From a virus, in the IMG/VR virus record IMGVR_UViG_3300030102_004647, positions 14,954 through 78,953 of that record: a DNA stretch of 64,000 nt; one strand, given 5' to 3'. This document shows, piece after piece, positions 19,586 to 28,639 of this stretch. Below the pieces are notes generated by a model. It worked only from the letters and a program-made list of their open reading frames with translations, searched no databases and had not been told where the DNA came from. The first letter of the stretch is position 1; each line of letters starts with the position of its first letter. Position numbers and translations under genes: made by a program.

Positions 19586-20313
19586 ATCTCCAAGTCGTCA
19601 TCGGTTTCTTCCTCTTCCATCATCAGTGCTGTATGGTGCATTGCTCCATGGATATCCACTGTATGGCGAACATGCTGAATCCGATACTCTTTGGTTGCCC
19701 CTGATTGACCAACAACTGAATACGGGTACGTTGTTCCCCCTCCGGTGTGAAACGGAATCGTCGCCCAATCCAGATTGAAAATGTTCCAGTGCTGCTCGTA
19801 CCCTTCAAAGGTATAATTAACTGGAGCGACAGTATCCTTAAATTGCCAAGCGGAACCCGTCCACATAACGTGATAGTTTTTTGCTGGGTCGCCAGAGACC
19901 GAGTTTTTATTGGAGTAGTACCCTGTCCCTCCGAAGTCGTCGGTGTCCGCAGGAAACCAAAACATAGTTTTGTTTCCGAACGGTGTGGTAATTTCGACTT
20001 GTGGCGGTAGCACCCCATCAATACCTCCGGCAACTTCTACGTTTGGATATGTTCCCCAAGGCACAGATACAAAATCATTTTTTTGAACTGCCCTGGATAG
20101 CTCAAGAACTACCTTCCAGTGGGTGCCGCTAGCTACACCATACACATCCTGTTCGTCCTTGTCGTTCATGACTGTGATACGACATCGACGATTTGAATAA
20201 ATAGGCACAGTAGTAGTCAGGGTGACACCACCAAATCCGTCAACCTTTTCAATCTTGCGGATGATGTTTACTTCTTGACCTAATCCATACAGTGGAAGTG
20301 TGGAATTTTTCAT
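19582..20313 (-). CDS. Head closure (stopper) protein with an internal aromatic-rich insertion
   Basis: DGFGG N-terminus and YRIQHV...HH C-terminus typical of head-tail stoppers, separated by roughly 120 extra residues. Confidence 0.55.
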   Translation of the reverse strand: MKNSTLPLYGLGQEVNIIRKIEKVDGFGGVTLTTTVPIYSNRRCRITVMNDKDEQDVYGVASGTHWKVVLELSRAVQKNDFVSVPWGTYPNVEVAGGIDGVLPPQVEITTPFGNKTMFWFPADTDDFGGTGYYSNKNSVSGDPAKNYHVMWTGSAWQFKDTVAPVNYTFEGYEQHWNIFNLDWATIPFHTGGGTTYPYSVVGQSGATKEYRIQHVRHTVDIHGAMHHTALMMEEEETDDDLEM

Positions 20314-21017
20314 CCTTCGTACTTGTCCTCGTAATCTTCACGTTCCGTCGATGAAGTAAGAAACAGATCGACATCGTTATAGTGTCGCATCAACATCCGA
20401 TCTATCTCTACAAAACCAGTGTTGTGTCCTCCGACTACGCTGCCGCCCGTCTTGAAGGTGATCTGAAAATCATTCCAACCCGTTTGCATTATGTTGCTCG
20501 GGGTTTGTTGAGTAGACCCTGGCTTCAAGCTTTCCAAGGTCAGAAGAATCGTGGCTCTCTTAATATCTGCGGGAGTCGTGGTGTGCCCCCAGCTGGCAGC
20601 TACTTGAATGTTGTTTTGACCTTTCGGCCACACTCCCCCTGACCCAAACCTACGCCGAGGCGAGTCACCCGAGAACGCTCTCGAAGTTTCAAGATAAAAC
20701 GGATACGCTTTGTAGTCGTCGTTCGCTACAAAAGTATCCAGAACAGTACTGCCATCAAGATCCAATTCTTTGAGTGACGTGACTGATATGAGTCGGTTTT
20801 TTGTTTTTGGAAAAAAGAATAGCTTTGTTCTTCCGTTCCCGTTGAAATACAGCGTCTCTGTTTTGGCATAAAAAATATCCTCGCAGATTCCTTCAATTAT
20901 TTCTTCAACAATTGCAATCTCGGCTGTAATCTCTGAACTGGTAAACTGCGAAAGATCTATTGTCTTCCCGTTTATCTTGTGACCTGTAACATCGGCATTC
21001 GCAGCGTAGTTCCCCAT
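20310..21017 (-). CDS. Head-tail connector (adaptor) protein
   Basis: WPKGQNNIQV...WG..TTPADIKRATILL motif. Confidence 0.8.
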   Translation of the reverse strand: MGNYAANADVTGHKINGKTIDLSQFTSSEITAEIAIVEEIIEGICEDIFYAKTETLYFNGNGRTKLFFFPKTKNRLISVTSLKELDLDGSTVLDTFVANDDYKAYPFYLETSRAFSGDSPRRRFGSGGVWPKGQNNIQVAASWGHTTTPADIKRATILLTLESLKPGSTQQTPSNIMQTGWNDFQITFKTGGSVVGGHNTGFVEIDRMLMRHYNDVDLFLTSSTEREDYEDKYEG

Positions 21018-21703
21018 TATCTCTCTCCTCGATAAGCTTCAGCAATGTGGCCGGTGGACTTTGGAGATACATCCGCAGTAACTCCCTCGATAGCTGCTAA
21101 CAAAGTAAGTATCGACTGATCGAAGCAATGCGCTTTGATCTCTGGGCATGGACCGACTGGCAAAAGTGCGTCTGGATTACAGCACCATTCTAACCACTTA
21201 GTAACAAAATCTATGGATTGATCTCCGGCTCTCCATAAGTGATACCCCGCTAACAACATGGTAAGTCTATAAAAAGACTCATGCTCTACTCCCATCGCCT
21301 TAAACGTACACGGATACGTGCAATTCCAAGCTTGATCTCCCCATTCGTGAAATAAAAATATGTCTCTATCTTTACCTTCGCGAGCGTCAAACCTCTCGAA
21401 AATTCTTGTGGGAGACTTATCGAATCGATGGTCTGCATCAACATAGAAAACTACGTCACCCTCAGACGCAACATTTTCTAGAACGTGCTTAACTAGATAC
21501 GGCTTCCATATCCACAACCCTGCACCATTCTGGTATTCAAGAATGTCGGAGTTCGCGGCCCGAAACTCGCTGCTCAGAATGGTCTCGTCAAACGTCAAGA
21601 TGTGGTCGAATCCTCCGACCTCTTGAGCAGTTTCTACTTGAATCTGCTGCCGCTGAATATACTTCTCGGCACCCGATGCGTAGTTGATTAAATAGGTTGA
21701 CAT
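21017..21703 (-). CDS. Glycosyltransferase-like protein (GT-A)
   Basis: GAGLWIWKPYLV, VVFYVDAD, H..DQSILTLL. Confidence 0.7.
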   Translation of the reverse strand: MSTYLINYASGAEKYIQRQQIQVETAQEVGGFDHILTFDETILSSEFRAANSDILEYQNGAGLWIWKPYLVKHVLENVASEGDVVFYVDADHRFDKSPTRIFERFDAREGKDRDIFLFHEWGDQAWNCTYPCTFKAMGVEHESFYRLTMLLAGYHLWRAGDQSIDFVTKWLEWCCNPDALLPVGPCPEIKAHCFDQSILTLLAAIEGVTADVSPKSTGHIAEAYRGER

Positions 21704-22329
21704 CTGCCTTTTACCCTCTCAAACCATTCGTGTTTGTCAAACTGGACCCCGCCCGCACAATGTGCAATCACCGTGTGATCGGGAGAAGGGGCAGGTCGAA
21801 GTGTTTCATAACCTATGTAGTTGTATTTGTCGGGTAGGAGTGCAACTGGAACATCTAAGTTATGCACCGCCTGATTAAAATAAGATTGCTCATACACAAA
21901 ACTAGACAAATAAGGTGCCTCGGACACCAGTCGTTTAGCTTCTTTGAATACCTTTTCATGATGTGTACGATTAAGAATCATCACCCCGGTGTTAAAATAT
22001 CGCCCTGGTTTAATTTCGGGGCAGTTGACTAAGTGTTCCGCAAAATACACCTCTGATAAAATATCAGACACTGCAATGATCGAAGGAAGGTTCTTATAAA
22101 CTGACACGTCCCACTTCCGAAACATCACAATGTCCGCATCAAAAAAGAAGACATTCTCTGCGTCCGTGTGATCCCAAATATCCAACTTCAAAAAAGGTGC
22201 GGATGCCGGAACCACTGTGTTGTTCTTAATGCATATCGAATCGAGTCCTGTATATTTTTTAACATTGTCCATTGCTCTCCGTGCGAATTCTTCATACTTA
22301 CTTCCTGCGCCAACTGTTACTCCTATCAT
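21688..22329 (-). CDS. GT8-family glycosyltransferase
   Basis: FFFDADI, YFNTGVMIL, EQSYFN, LPDKYN, IAHCAG. Confidence 0.85.
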   Translation of the reverse strand: MIGVTVGAGSKYEEFARRAMDNVKKYTGLDSICIKNNTVVPASAPFLKLDIWDHTDAENVFFFDADIVMFRKWDVSVYKNLPSIIAVSDILSEVYFAEHLVNCPEIKPGRYFNTGVMILNRTHHEKVFKEAKRLVSEAPYLSSFVYEQSYFNQAVHNLDVPVALLPDKYNYIGYETLRPAPSPDHTVIAHCAGGVQFDKHEWFERVKGRCQPI

Positions 22330-23412
22330 TTAGTCTCCCATTAAAGCACTTCCGTCAGATAACCGCTGTGACGCTTTGTTTACATGTGTTGAATCACCCT
22401 GCGGAAGATATTCAAACGCTCCGCAATCAAATGCGGCTTTTCGTTTTCTACCAAGTATGTCGGTGTCAAATCCAAACGCCAGCTGACCAGACACAAAATT
22501 CCCTGTGTCAATGGCTGCGGAACCTACCTTCAACGTAAGGTCGTTCGTCCCTGAATTAGTGAACAAACTGCTGGCAGTTTTACTGTCTTGTGCGCCGCTT
22601 GTAGATGCCCCTGGACCCGCTGAGCTTGCAGTCGCATCACTTGCAATGTTGTTGTGATGGCCTTCACTAGTTACAGTGTGTGCTGCCCTAGACGATGCAG
22701 AGCTTATTTCGTTATAGTCGCTACCGCCAGACCCCACCACAATGTTATTGTTTATGTGCAAGTTGATAGTAGGGGTCGATGCAGTACCTGTGAAGCTCCA
22801 TGCAATACCATTCCCCGAACTATCTTTGACAGTGTTGTGATATATTTCCCACTTCCTCAAGGTTACGCTTCCAGCAGTAGTCCCGCATACCGCACCAATA
22901 CCTTCTCCGCAGTTGACAATGATATTGTTGAAAACTTTACACGCTATGTTTTGAGCCAAATTGAAGTTTGTATACAGACCCATTCCGCTAAGAGCCTGGG
23001 TGCCTGCCGAGGGACCAACTATCAAACACTTGCTAAATGAAGATGCAACTAACCCGGCCCCTACGATTCCAAAAGTTTGCGCCCCCGCACTACAAGCTAG
23101 ACCCTCGACCTCGACATAGTGGATTCCCGCGCTAATTACGATCCCCGCCTGGAACGAGCCAGTTGCAGTGATATATGCACCCGTATTCGGAGTGACGCCG
23201 TCATGCATATTGCCTTGAGCGACTGAAATTCTTAGCGGCTCGGAAGCACTAGTGGTGAACGAAGGGGCTGAAGTAATTGCAAGCATGCCTAAATCAGATC
23301 CCGAATAGCAGACAGCTTGTGCAACATCGGTGCCGCCGCTTTTGGCTGACCACCATGCTGCTAGAGTTGAATAATCTTTTCCTGGTCCGACAGTACTTAC
23401 AGTGATAGCCAT
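22330..23412 (-). CDS. Right-handed beta-helix protein (possible virion decoration or polysaccharide binding)
   Basis: DYSTLAAW N-terminus, repeated NNII/HNTV rungs, LKVGSAAIDTG...DILG..R...DCGAFEY tail. Confidence 0.65.
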   Translation of the reverse strand: MAITVSTVGPGKDYSTLAAWWSAKSGGTDVAQAVCYSGSDLGMLAITSAPSFTTSASEPLRISVAQGNMHDGVTPNTGAYITATGSFQAGIVISAGIHYVEVEGLACSAGAQTFGIVGAGLVASSFSKCLIVGPSAGTQALSGMGLYTNFNLAQNIACKVFNNIIVNCGEGIGAVCGTTAGSVTLRKWEIYHNTVKDSSGNGIAWSFTGTASTPTINLHINNNIVVGSGGSDYNEISSASSRAAHTVTSEGHHNNIASDATASSAGPGASTSGAQDSKTASSLFTNSGTNDLTLKVGSAAIDTGNFVSGQLAFGFDTDILGRKRKAAFDCGAFEYLPQGDSTHVNKASQRLSDGSALMGD

Positions 23413-23793
23413 TTATCGATCCTTGAGAGTGCATTCACTTTCAGTGAGTTTGTTGACGGGAGTTGTTCGGTCTCTAACTAAAATCTGTCGGTTGTCATCC
23501 AACAATGAAATATCAACGTGCTTGGTAGAAACCGCTCGTACAATTGGTGCAGCGTTTCCTTCTTCTATCTCATAATCTGCGTATGGATAGCTCAGGACAG
23601 GGTAAGCGTCCCCGTTTGCCTGCTTCGTCAACAGTAGACTTTCCATTTCTGGATCTTCTACTTCACACACCGCATGCACACGTTTGTCTTCGGTGCCCCA
23701 CGGATGATTGGGTAAGGCAACAACAATGACATCGCCGTCACGGTATAAACCTTCGGATTCGTTTAAAGTACAGAATCGTAGTGCCTCAATCAT
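23413..23793 (-). CDS. Hypothetical protein
   Basis: Abuts both neighbours with 0-bp gaps in the structural operon. Confidence 0.6.
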   Translation of the reverse strand: MIEALRFCTLNESEGLYRDGDVIVVALPNHPWGTEDKRVHAVCEVEDPEMESLLLTKQANGDAYPVLSYPYADYEIEEGNAAPIVRAVSTKHVDISLLDDNRQILVRDRTTPVNKLTESECTLKDR

Positions 23794-24081
23794 TTAACCC
23801 TCCGACCAAGTAATGCCAACAACTCCGTAAATTACATCGGCGTCACCCGAATCGCCTTTGACAAATACTTCTTTGATTCCCATGTGATTTAACCGGAACA
23901 CATACTCGGTTCCTGGCTGCACGGTAAAGAACTCAGCAGAGTCGTGAAGTCCTGGGATATTCACCAGAGCATTGTACGATGAGCTTGACTTGCAGATAAC
24001 TATGAAAGAAGTGCAACCGTTTGCATCCTCATAGACATTCTTGCCCGTAGAGTTGATTGTTTCGTTGCCAGCGGTCGCCAT
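23794..24081 (-). CDS. Hypothetical small beta-sandwich virion protein
   Basis: Tightly packed ORF, beta-strand pattern. Confidence 0.55.
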   Translation of the reverse strand: MATAGNETINSTGKNVYEDANGCTSFIVICKSSSSYNALVNIPGLHDSAEFFTVQPGTEYVFRLNHMGIKEVFVKGDSGDADVIYGVVGITWSEG

Positions 24082-24082
24082 G

Positions 24083-24346
24083 TTATTTGTCTCCGTCTGA
24101 TTTTTTTAGTTGATTGACAATCCATTTCACATCGTTCGAGATCTTTATCAGGAGATTCTCGTTATCGTTCACATCCGTCTCTACCTCTTTGACTGTTGTA
24201 TTCAAGTCTTGGAGGTCGTCTTCGTGTTTATCGAGTCGATGTTGACTTATCCCATACGTTGCACTGATCGACGCCAGAACAATTAGCACTGTAAAAATAA
24301 ACGCACATAGCTCGGGGGTAAAAAATTTCCATTCTTTAGAAGCCAT
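24083..24346 (-). CDS. Small membrane protein (1 TM plus coiled coil; holin/XhlA-like)
   Basis: Hydrophobic N-terminal helix followed by heptad repeats. Confidence 0.5.
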   Translation of the reverse strand: MASKEWKFFTPELCAFIFTVLIVLASISATYGISQHRLDKHEDDLQDLNTTVKEVETDVNDNENLLIKISNDVKWIVNQLKKSDGDK

Positions 24347-24349
24347 GTC

Positions 24350-25531
24350 TCAATCCTTGTTCAAAACTTCCCGTATGGCCCTGCGAACATTCTCAGGGTG
24401 AACAATTGCTACCTGCACGGTAACACCTGATCGGGCGGTGATCTTCGCCACCCAATCCTCGTCGTCTACCTGTATACCTACGTCAAAGGCCCGTCCATTG
24501 CTCGGCAACTCTTCGACAATCTCTACGTCATAGTGTTGAGCTAGAAAACTAGCCAATTCGTCTGTGGCTAGCGTCTGTCCGACTATGCCTATGGTCAAAC
24601 GAGTCGCTGGCTTTATATCTCTTTCCATAACTTCTTTCTCGATTATATCCAGTCCACACGCAGAAAGAACATCATTCGTTGTCAGGAGATTGGAACTATG
24701 CTGTGCAACTGTGTCGTGCGAATCCAGAGAACGAGTGGGAGACACACCTAACTTGTCAAAGCAATCCACACCCTTGAGATCTGGATACCTTCCGATGACA
24801 TCTTTTTCATGCGTAGCAAAAAATAAGATGCAGCCTGGGATGTTCAAAATACCTGCAATATGTGCGAACCCTGAATCATTACCAATTAAAAAAGAACCGT
24901 GTTCGGCAAGGTGCTTGACCTGCCAGACAAAGTCTTCATTCTCATCGCTTAACTTAGTGATGCCCGTGTCATTGAATCCGAACTCGTCTTTTGTTCCCAA
25001 CCAAAAAACATGCAGTTTGCGATCCCTAATCTCGTAGGCTAGTTCTTTCCAGCTGCTATCTTTCCATCGACGATTCGGATTACTCGCACCAGGATGAAGA
25101 TAGATTGCTGACCGACCTTCATATCTTGGAATAGGGTTTCGATATATGTTTGCAAAATTACCAAGTCCAATAGGAAAACCGAACCACTTCTCAACAAGAG
25201 AGTAGTAAGATCCCTCCCGTATGTGGGCTTGGGTTGCAACCACTCCTTCAAAATCTAGAAGGACATCGAAGTTTTTTCTGTACAGGTCTGCATCCCTGCA
25301 CGCAATGACATGATCCACCCCTTCAAGCTCTTTGACCAACGAGATTTGATGTGGCTTGACAGCAATAGTGACTTCGCAATTTACAGATTTCAAAGTCTTC
25401 AGTCCGGCTGAAACAATGATAACATCGCCCAGTCCGGTATCACACAACAAGCATATCTTCATCCCTTCCCAGTTACTCGGAAGTGAGTACATAGGCTCTT
25501 GTCGATCATTGATGTTTTCAAATCCATCCAT
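24350..25531 (-). CDS. GT9 (heptosyltransferase-like) glycosyltransferase
   Basis: GLGDVI, LHPGAS..RRW, IGNDSGFAHIAG. Start placed after the capsid terminator. Confidence 0.85.
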   Translation of the reverse strand: MDGFENINDRQEPMYSLPSNWEGMKICLLCDTGLGDVIIVSAGLKTLKSVNCEVTIAVKPHQISLVKELEGVDHVIACRDADLYRKNFDVLLDFEGVVATQAHIREGSYYSLVEKWFGFPIGLGNFANIYRNPIPRYEGRSAIYLHPGASNPNRRWKDSSWKELAYEIRDRKLHVFWLGTKDEFGFNDTGITKLSDENEDFVWQVKHLAEHGSFLIGNDSGFAHIAGILNIPGCILFFATHEKDVIGRYPDLKGVDCFDKLGVSPTRSLDSHDTVAQHSSNLLTTNDVLSACGLDIIEKEVMERDIKPATRLTIGIVGQTLATDELASFLAQHYDVEIVEELPSNGRAFDVGIQVDDEDWVAKITARSGVTVQVAIVHPENVRRAIREVLNKD

Positions 25532-25534
25532 AAT

Positions 25535-25571
25535 AAAAAAGGACCGGACGGGCAAAACGCCCGCCCGATCC
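25535..25571 (-). terminator. Intrinsic terminator after the major capsid gene
   Basis: GGAUCGGGCGGGC-GUUUU-GCCCGUCCGGUCC followed by U6. Confidence 0.85.
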
Positions 25572-25602
25572 ATATCTTTAGCGGACTGGGTACACGTAAA
25601 AA

Positions 25603-26598
25603 CTAACCAGTGTAATCGTTTCCGCTCATTGAAACGTCATTGGCAATCACGACGAGATCGCTATTCTCGACCTCGAAGTCCACTCGGAAGTGGATCGTGA
25701 TTTCCCACACGTCTTGTCGGGGCTGACGGTCGAACTCAATCGTGATGTCACGCTGGACAAAGTAGATCAAGTTGTTCAGTGGGGTACACCAGATCTGGGA
25801 TCGGTCGCCCGAACCACCAGCACCGTCTTCCGGCATCAGCGGAACTTCCAACAGCGGAATTCCCCAAGGTCCGGGGGCCAACCCGCTGCTGAGTGCAGCA
25901 TCACCACCGGCAGTCTCGCGGTCACTCCAATCAAGCTTCCACTTATCCGCAGGACCGGACGGAACAATCCAGACGTAGTCTGGCTTGGCGGCACGGTAAC
26001 GGGAAGGAATCGCACGCTTCATCTGGTAGTACAGGATCTTGGAAGGAGCCTTGTCGCCAGCATCAATCTGCTGTGCGGCAGGTACACGATCCTTGAGGAT
26101 CTGTGCCCATCCATCGTTCACACCAAGAAGATTATTCTCGGCAGTCTGTCCGTCACCGACTGCTTTGCTGTCGTCACCTTCGATGGCGGCAAGCTCGGTG
26201 TCGATGGCGATACGCTTCGAGAACATGCTCAGGAGCGTGTCACGAATTCCGGCCCGCTCAAGGTTGTCTTCCATGAAGTCAGTCTTGAGATCGAAAGCAC
26301 TGCGATACTTCTCGCAGTCGTAAGTTACGACCGACTCGGTCGGAACGCGAGTCGAGGCTTTACTAGTCGTGTGGGCACCTTCGGTGACAATCGTTCCAAG
26401 ATCCAACTTGTTGATTTCACCTTTGTTGCGGTTGACTCGCACCGTGCGAGTACGTTGGAGAAGCACCGACTCGTTTACAACGAGATCGATGAAACGATTC
26501 GCCTGCTCTCGGTTCAATACCGAATTCGGCAGGCTGGAGGAATCGATGGCACTCTTGCTCATCAACTCCTTCAACGGCAGCTTGATATTCGCTTCCAT
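25603..26598 (-). CDS. Major capsid protein (HK97 fold)
   Basis: LNREQANRFIDLV...EDNLE...IEGD...NDGW...IPSRYR; follows the protease/scaffold gene and is followed by a terminator. Confidence 0.92.
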   Translation of the reverse strand: MEANIKLPLKELMSKSAIDSSSLPNSVLNREQANRFIDLVVNESVLLQRTRTVRVNRNKGEINKLDLGTIVTEGAHTTSKASTRVPTESVVTYDCEKYRSAFDLKTDFMEDNLERAGIRDTLLSMFSKRIAIDTELAAIEGDDSKAVGDGQTAENNLLGVNDGWAQILKDRVPAAQQIDAGDKAPSKILYYQMKRAIPSRYRAAKPDYVWIVPSGPADKWKLDWSDRETAGGDAALSSGLAPGPWGIPLLEVPLMPEDGAGGSGDRSQIWCTPLNNLIYFVQRDITIEFDRQPRQDVWEITIHFRVDFEVENSDLVVIANDVSMSGNDYTG

Positions 26599-26633
26599 GA
26601 AAAAAATCCTTATTCAAACGGAAATTGAAAAAA

Positions 26634-28241
26634 TTACTCGACGTTGCCAAGGAACGGGAAAGTCGAATCGAACACGGAGTTCAGATCACCTTCTGCACCT
26701 TTTTCGACATCAATCTTCTCGTCGCGGTTTACTCCTTCGGGCATGGCTTTGCCAATACCTTCGGCGGTTTTCGCAACTTCTACTACCTGCTCCTGGGTCT
26801 GCTTGAGGTTCGAGGCAAGTGCGTTCAGTACGCCCATCACCTGATCAAAGTCTCCAGCGGACTTGGCAACTTCAGCTTCTTCGTTTTCCGTTTCCGTTTC
26901 TTCGGCGTTTTTCTTCTTCGCCTTTTTCATCTTGTCACCATAACCGGCACCCTGACGAGCTTCCTCTTTCTCTTCGTCCTCGTCTTTGGCACCTGCGGCA
27001 CCACCGCCGCCACCGCCGCCACCGTATGCTCCGGTGTTCTTCTTGTAGGCAGCTTTTTCGGCCAACTCAGTGATTCCGTTCGTAAACGATTGAGTCATCG
27101 TCTCAAACATGGGGCCAAGTGCAGCAGCAACACCAGCGGCTGTCTTTTCGGCAACCGTACCGGCAAACGCTTCCATCTGCTCAAGGCTTTGATTCTCCAC
27201 CTCTTGATCCTCAACGATCTCTTCGGTGGCTGTTGCAGTGGTCTCGTCCTGAGACTCTACAACTTCATCGTCAACTTTCTTCGCATCGTCAGACATTTCA
27301 GTCTCCTCTGAAGTGTGGTCTAAGGTAGCGAGCTTTTCAGCTTCTTCACTACCAAGTGATTGAGTAACCCAAGTGAATGATCCATCCTCGGACTCCGGCT
27401 TCAGCGGGCCTGCAATAATATGGACACCGTCTGCCATTTTTACTGTGACAAGTTGGTTGGCATCGAAGTCACTCTGCTTCCGTTGAAATCCATAGAAAGA
27501 ATCATTTTCGTCTTTCACAGCATCGCACTGCAAATTGTGAGTCTTGAAGTATGCTTCCGCTAACTCTTTTGACTCATACTTACTTTTCTCCAACCGCACA
27601 GCGTACACGCTAAGTGGCAGTCTGCGATCTACTCCATCTGCTGATTTTACGACGACAGCTTGGGCCGATGTCTGATCCGGTATGTGGGTCAGACTTACTT
27701 CGTAGAGATCAATGTCTCTCAAAACTCGTTCGGTTGTTCCTCTGTCGTTCACTCGATAATCCACAGAGACAAGTCCTCGCCATGAGAAGGTCGAGAGTTC
27801 TCCCGACTTCACCATCTTGGCAACGTCATCTACTGTGACATCAGCAACCACAAACAACCCTCGATCTCCAGGCCGCAGTCGAGGGATTTGTGCTTTGGGA
27901 AAAGTGTTGACTTGCTCTTTAGTCGTTAAGTCAATCACTCCCCACTCTTTGTCATCTCCAATGTCAGCGATCTTCACCGCATGCATCTCTGTCGGTCGTC
28001 CGACTGCGATCCCATTACCGTTGTGGTCAAGCCAGAATTTGTGATTGACCAACAAAGTTGGTGCAACCATAAACTTCTCGATGTCAAACTCATCGGGTGG
28101 GACTACGTCACCGCTTCGATCCGATTCGGAGTTTTCTACAGAAGCAAAACCCTTCACAACCGTAGTGGTATCGTCGCTGTCTTGCGGGGCAAGAGCGACT
28201 GGAGCAGTAAGATGTAACAGTTCCCGTCCTGGGCGAGGCAT
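26634..28241 (-). CDS. Prohead protease (HK97-type) fused to a C-terminal scaffold
   Basis: VKGFAS..DRSGDVV, LLVNH, FS, LYEVSL..IP; acidic helical C-terminal half. Confidence 0.88.
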   Translation of the reverse strand: MPRPGRELLHLTAPVALAPQDSDDTTTVVKGFASVENSESDRSGDVVPPDEFDIEKFMVAPTLLVNHKFWLDHNGNGIAVGRPTEMHAVKIADIGDDKEWGVIDLTTKEQVNTFPKAQIPRLRPGDRGLFVVADVTVDDVAKMVKSGELSTFSWRGLVSVDYRVNDRGTTERVLRDIDLYEVSLTHIPDQTSAQAVVVKSADGVDRRLPLSVYAVRLEKSKYESKELAEAYFKTHNLQCDAVKDENDSFYGFQRKQSDFDANQLVTVKMADGVHIIAGPLKPESEDGSFTWVTQSLGSEEAEKLATLDHTSEETEMSDDAKKVDDEVVESQDETTATATEEIVEDQEVENQSLEQMEAFAGTVAEKTAAGVAAALGPMFETMTQSFTNGITELAEKAAYKKNTGAYGGGGGGGGAAGAKDEDEEKEEARQGAGYGDKMKKAKKKNAEETETENEEAEVAKSAGDFDQVMGVLNALASNLKQTQEQVVEVAKTAEGIGKAMPEGVNRDEKIDVEKGAEGDLNSVFDSTFPFLGNVE

Positions 28242-28274
28242 GTAAGTATCTCCTGATATGGAAATTTTGAGCTA

Positions 28275-28303
28275 ATTCTAAGGCGTTTCTTGATTTGCGT
28301 CAA
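28275..28303 (-). promoter_or_regulatory. Sigma70-like promoter for the protease-capsid operon
   Basis: TTGACG-17 bp-TAGAAT about 35 bp upstream of the ATG at 28241; no CCGATA. Confidence 0.6.
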
Positions 28304-28369
28304 TTGGATCCTAAATGTCTCCGTAAACGGGTCAGGTGTATCTGTTTAGATGCACACGTCTGCACCCGC

Positions 28370-28639
28370 TTAGTTCTTTTGTCCTGGTATTGCAGAGGGT
28401 TCTGTGTCTTCAATCACGTCAAATTCAAACTGTTTGGCATGCTCATCTAAAAAACTCAAGGCTCTCTGATTGAGAGTGTAAAAGTTCAGTTCGCTGATAT
28501 TTCGTCCTTTCAAATATCCCTTGGCTGCTATCCATGCGTTCCAAGTGTCAACTAACGGTTGATAGGCTTCGGACTCGGTAGAGATCTTACCTTCGTCAAT
28601 GACGTACACGTTATCTGTTTTATCTTTTAATTTTATCAT
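28370..28639 (-). CDS. Small hypothetical protein (possible immunity partner of the MuF effector)
   Basis: ATGA overlap with the MuF stop. Confidence 0.55.
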   Translation of the reverse strand: MIKLKDKTDNVYVIDEGKISTESEAYQPLVDTWNAWIAAKGYLKGRNISELNFYTLNQRALSFLDEHAKQFEFDVIEDTEPSAIPGQKN

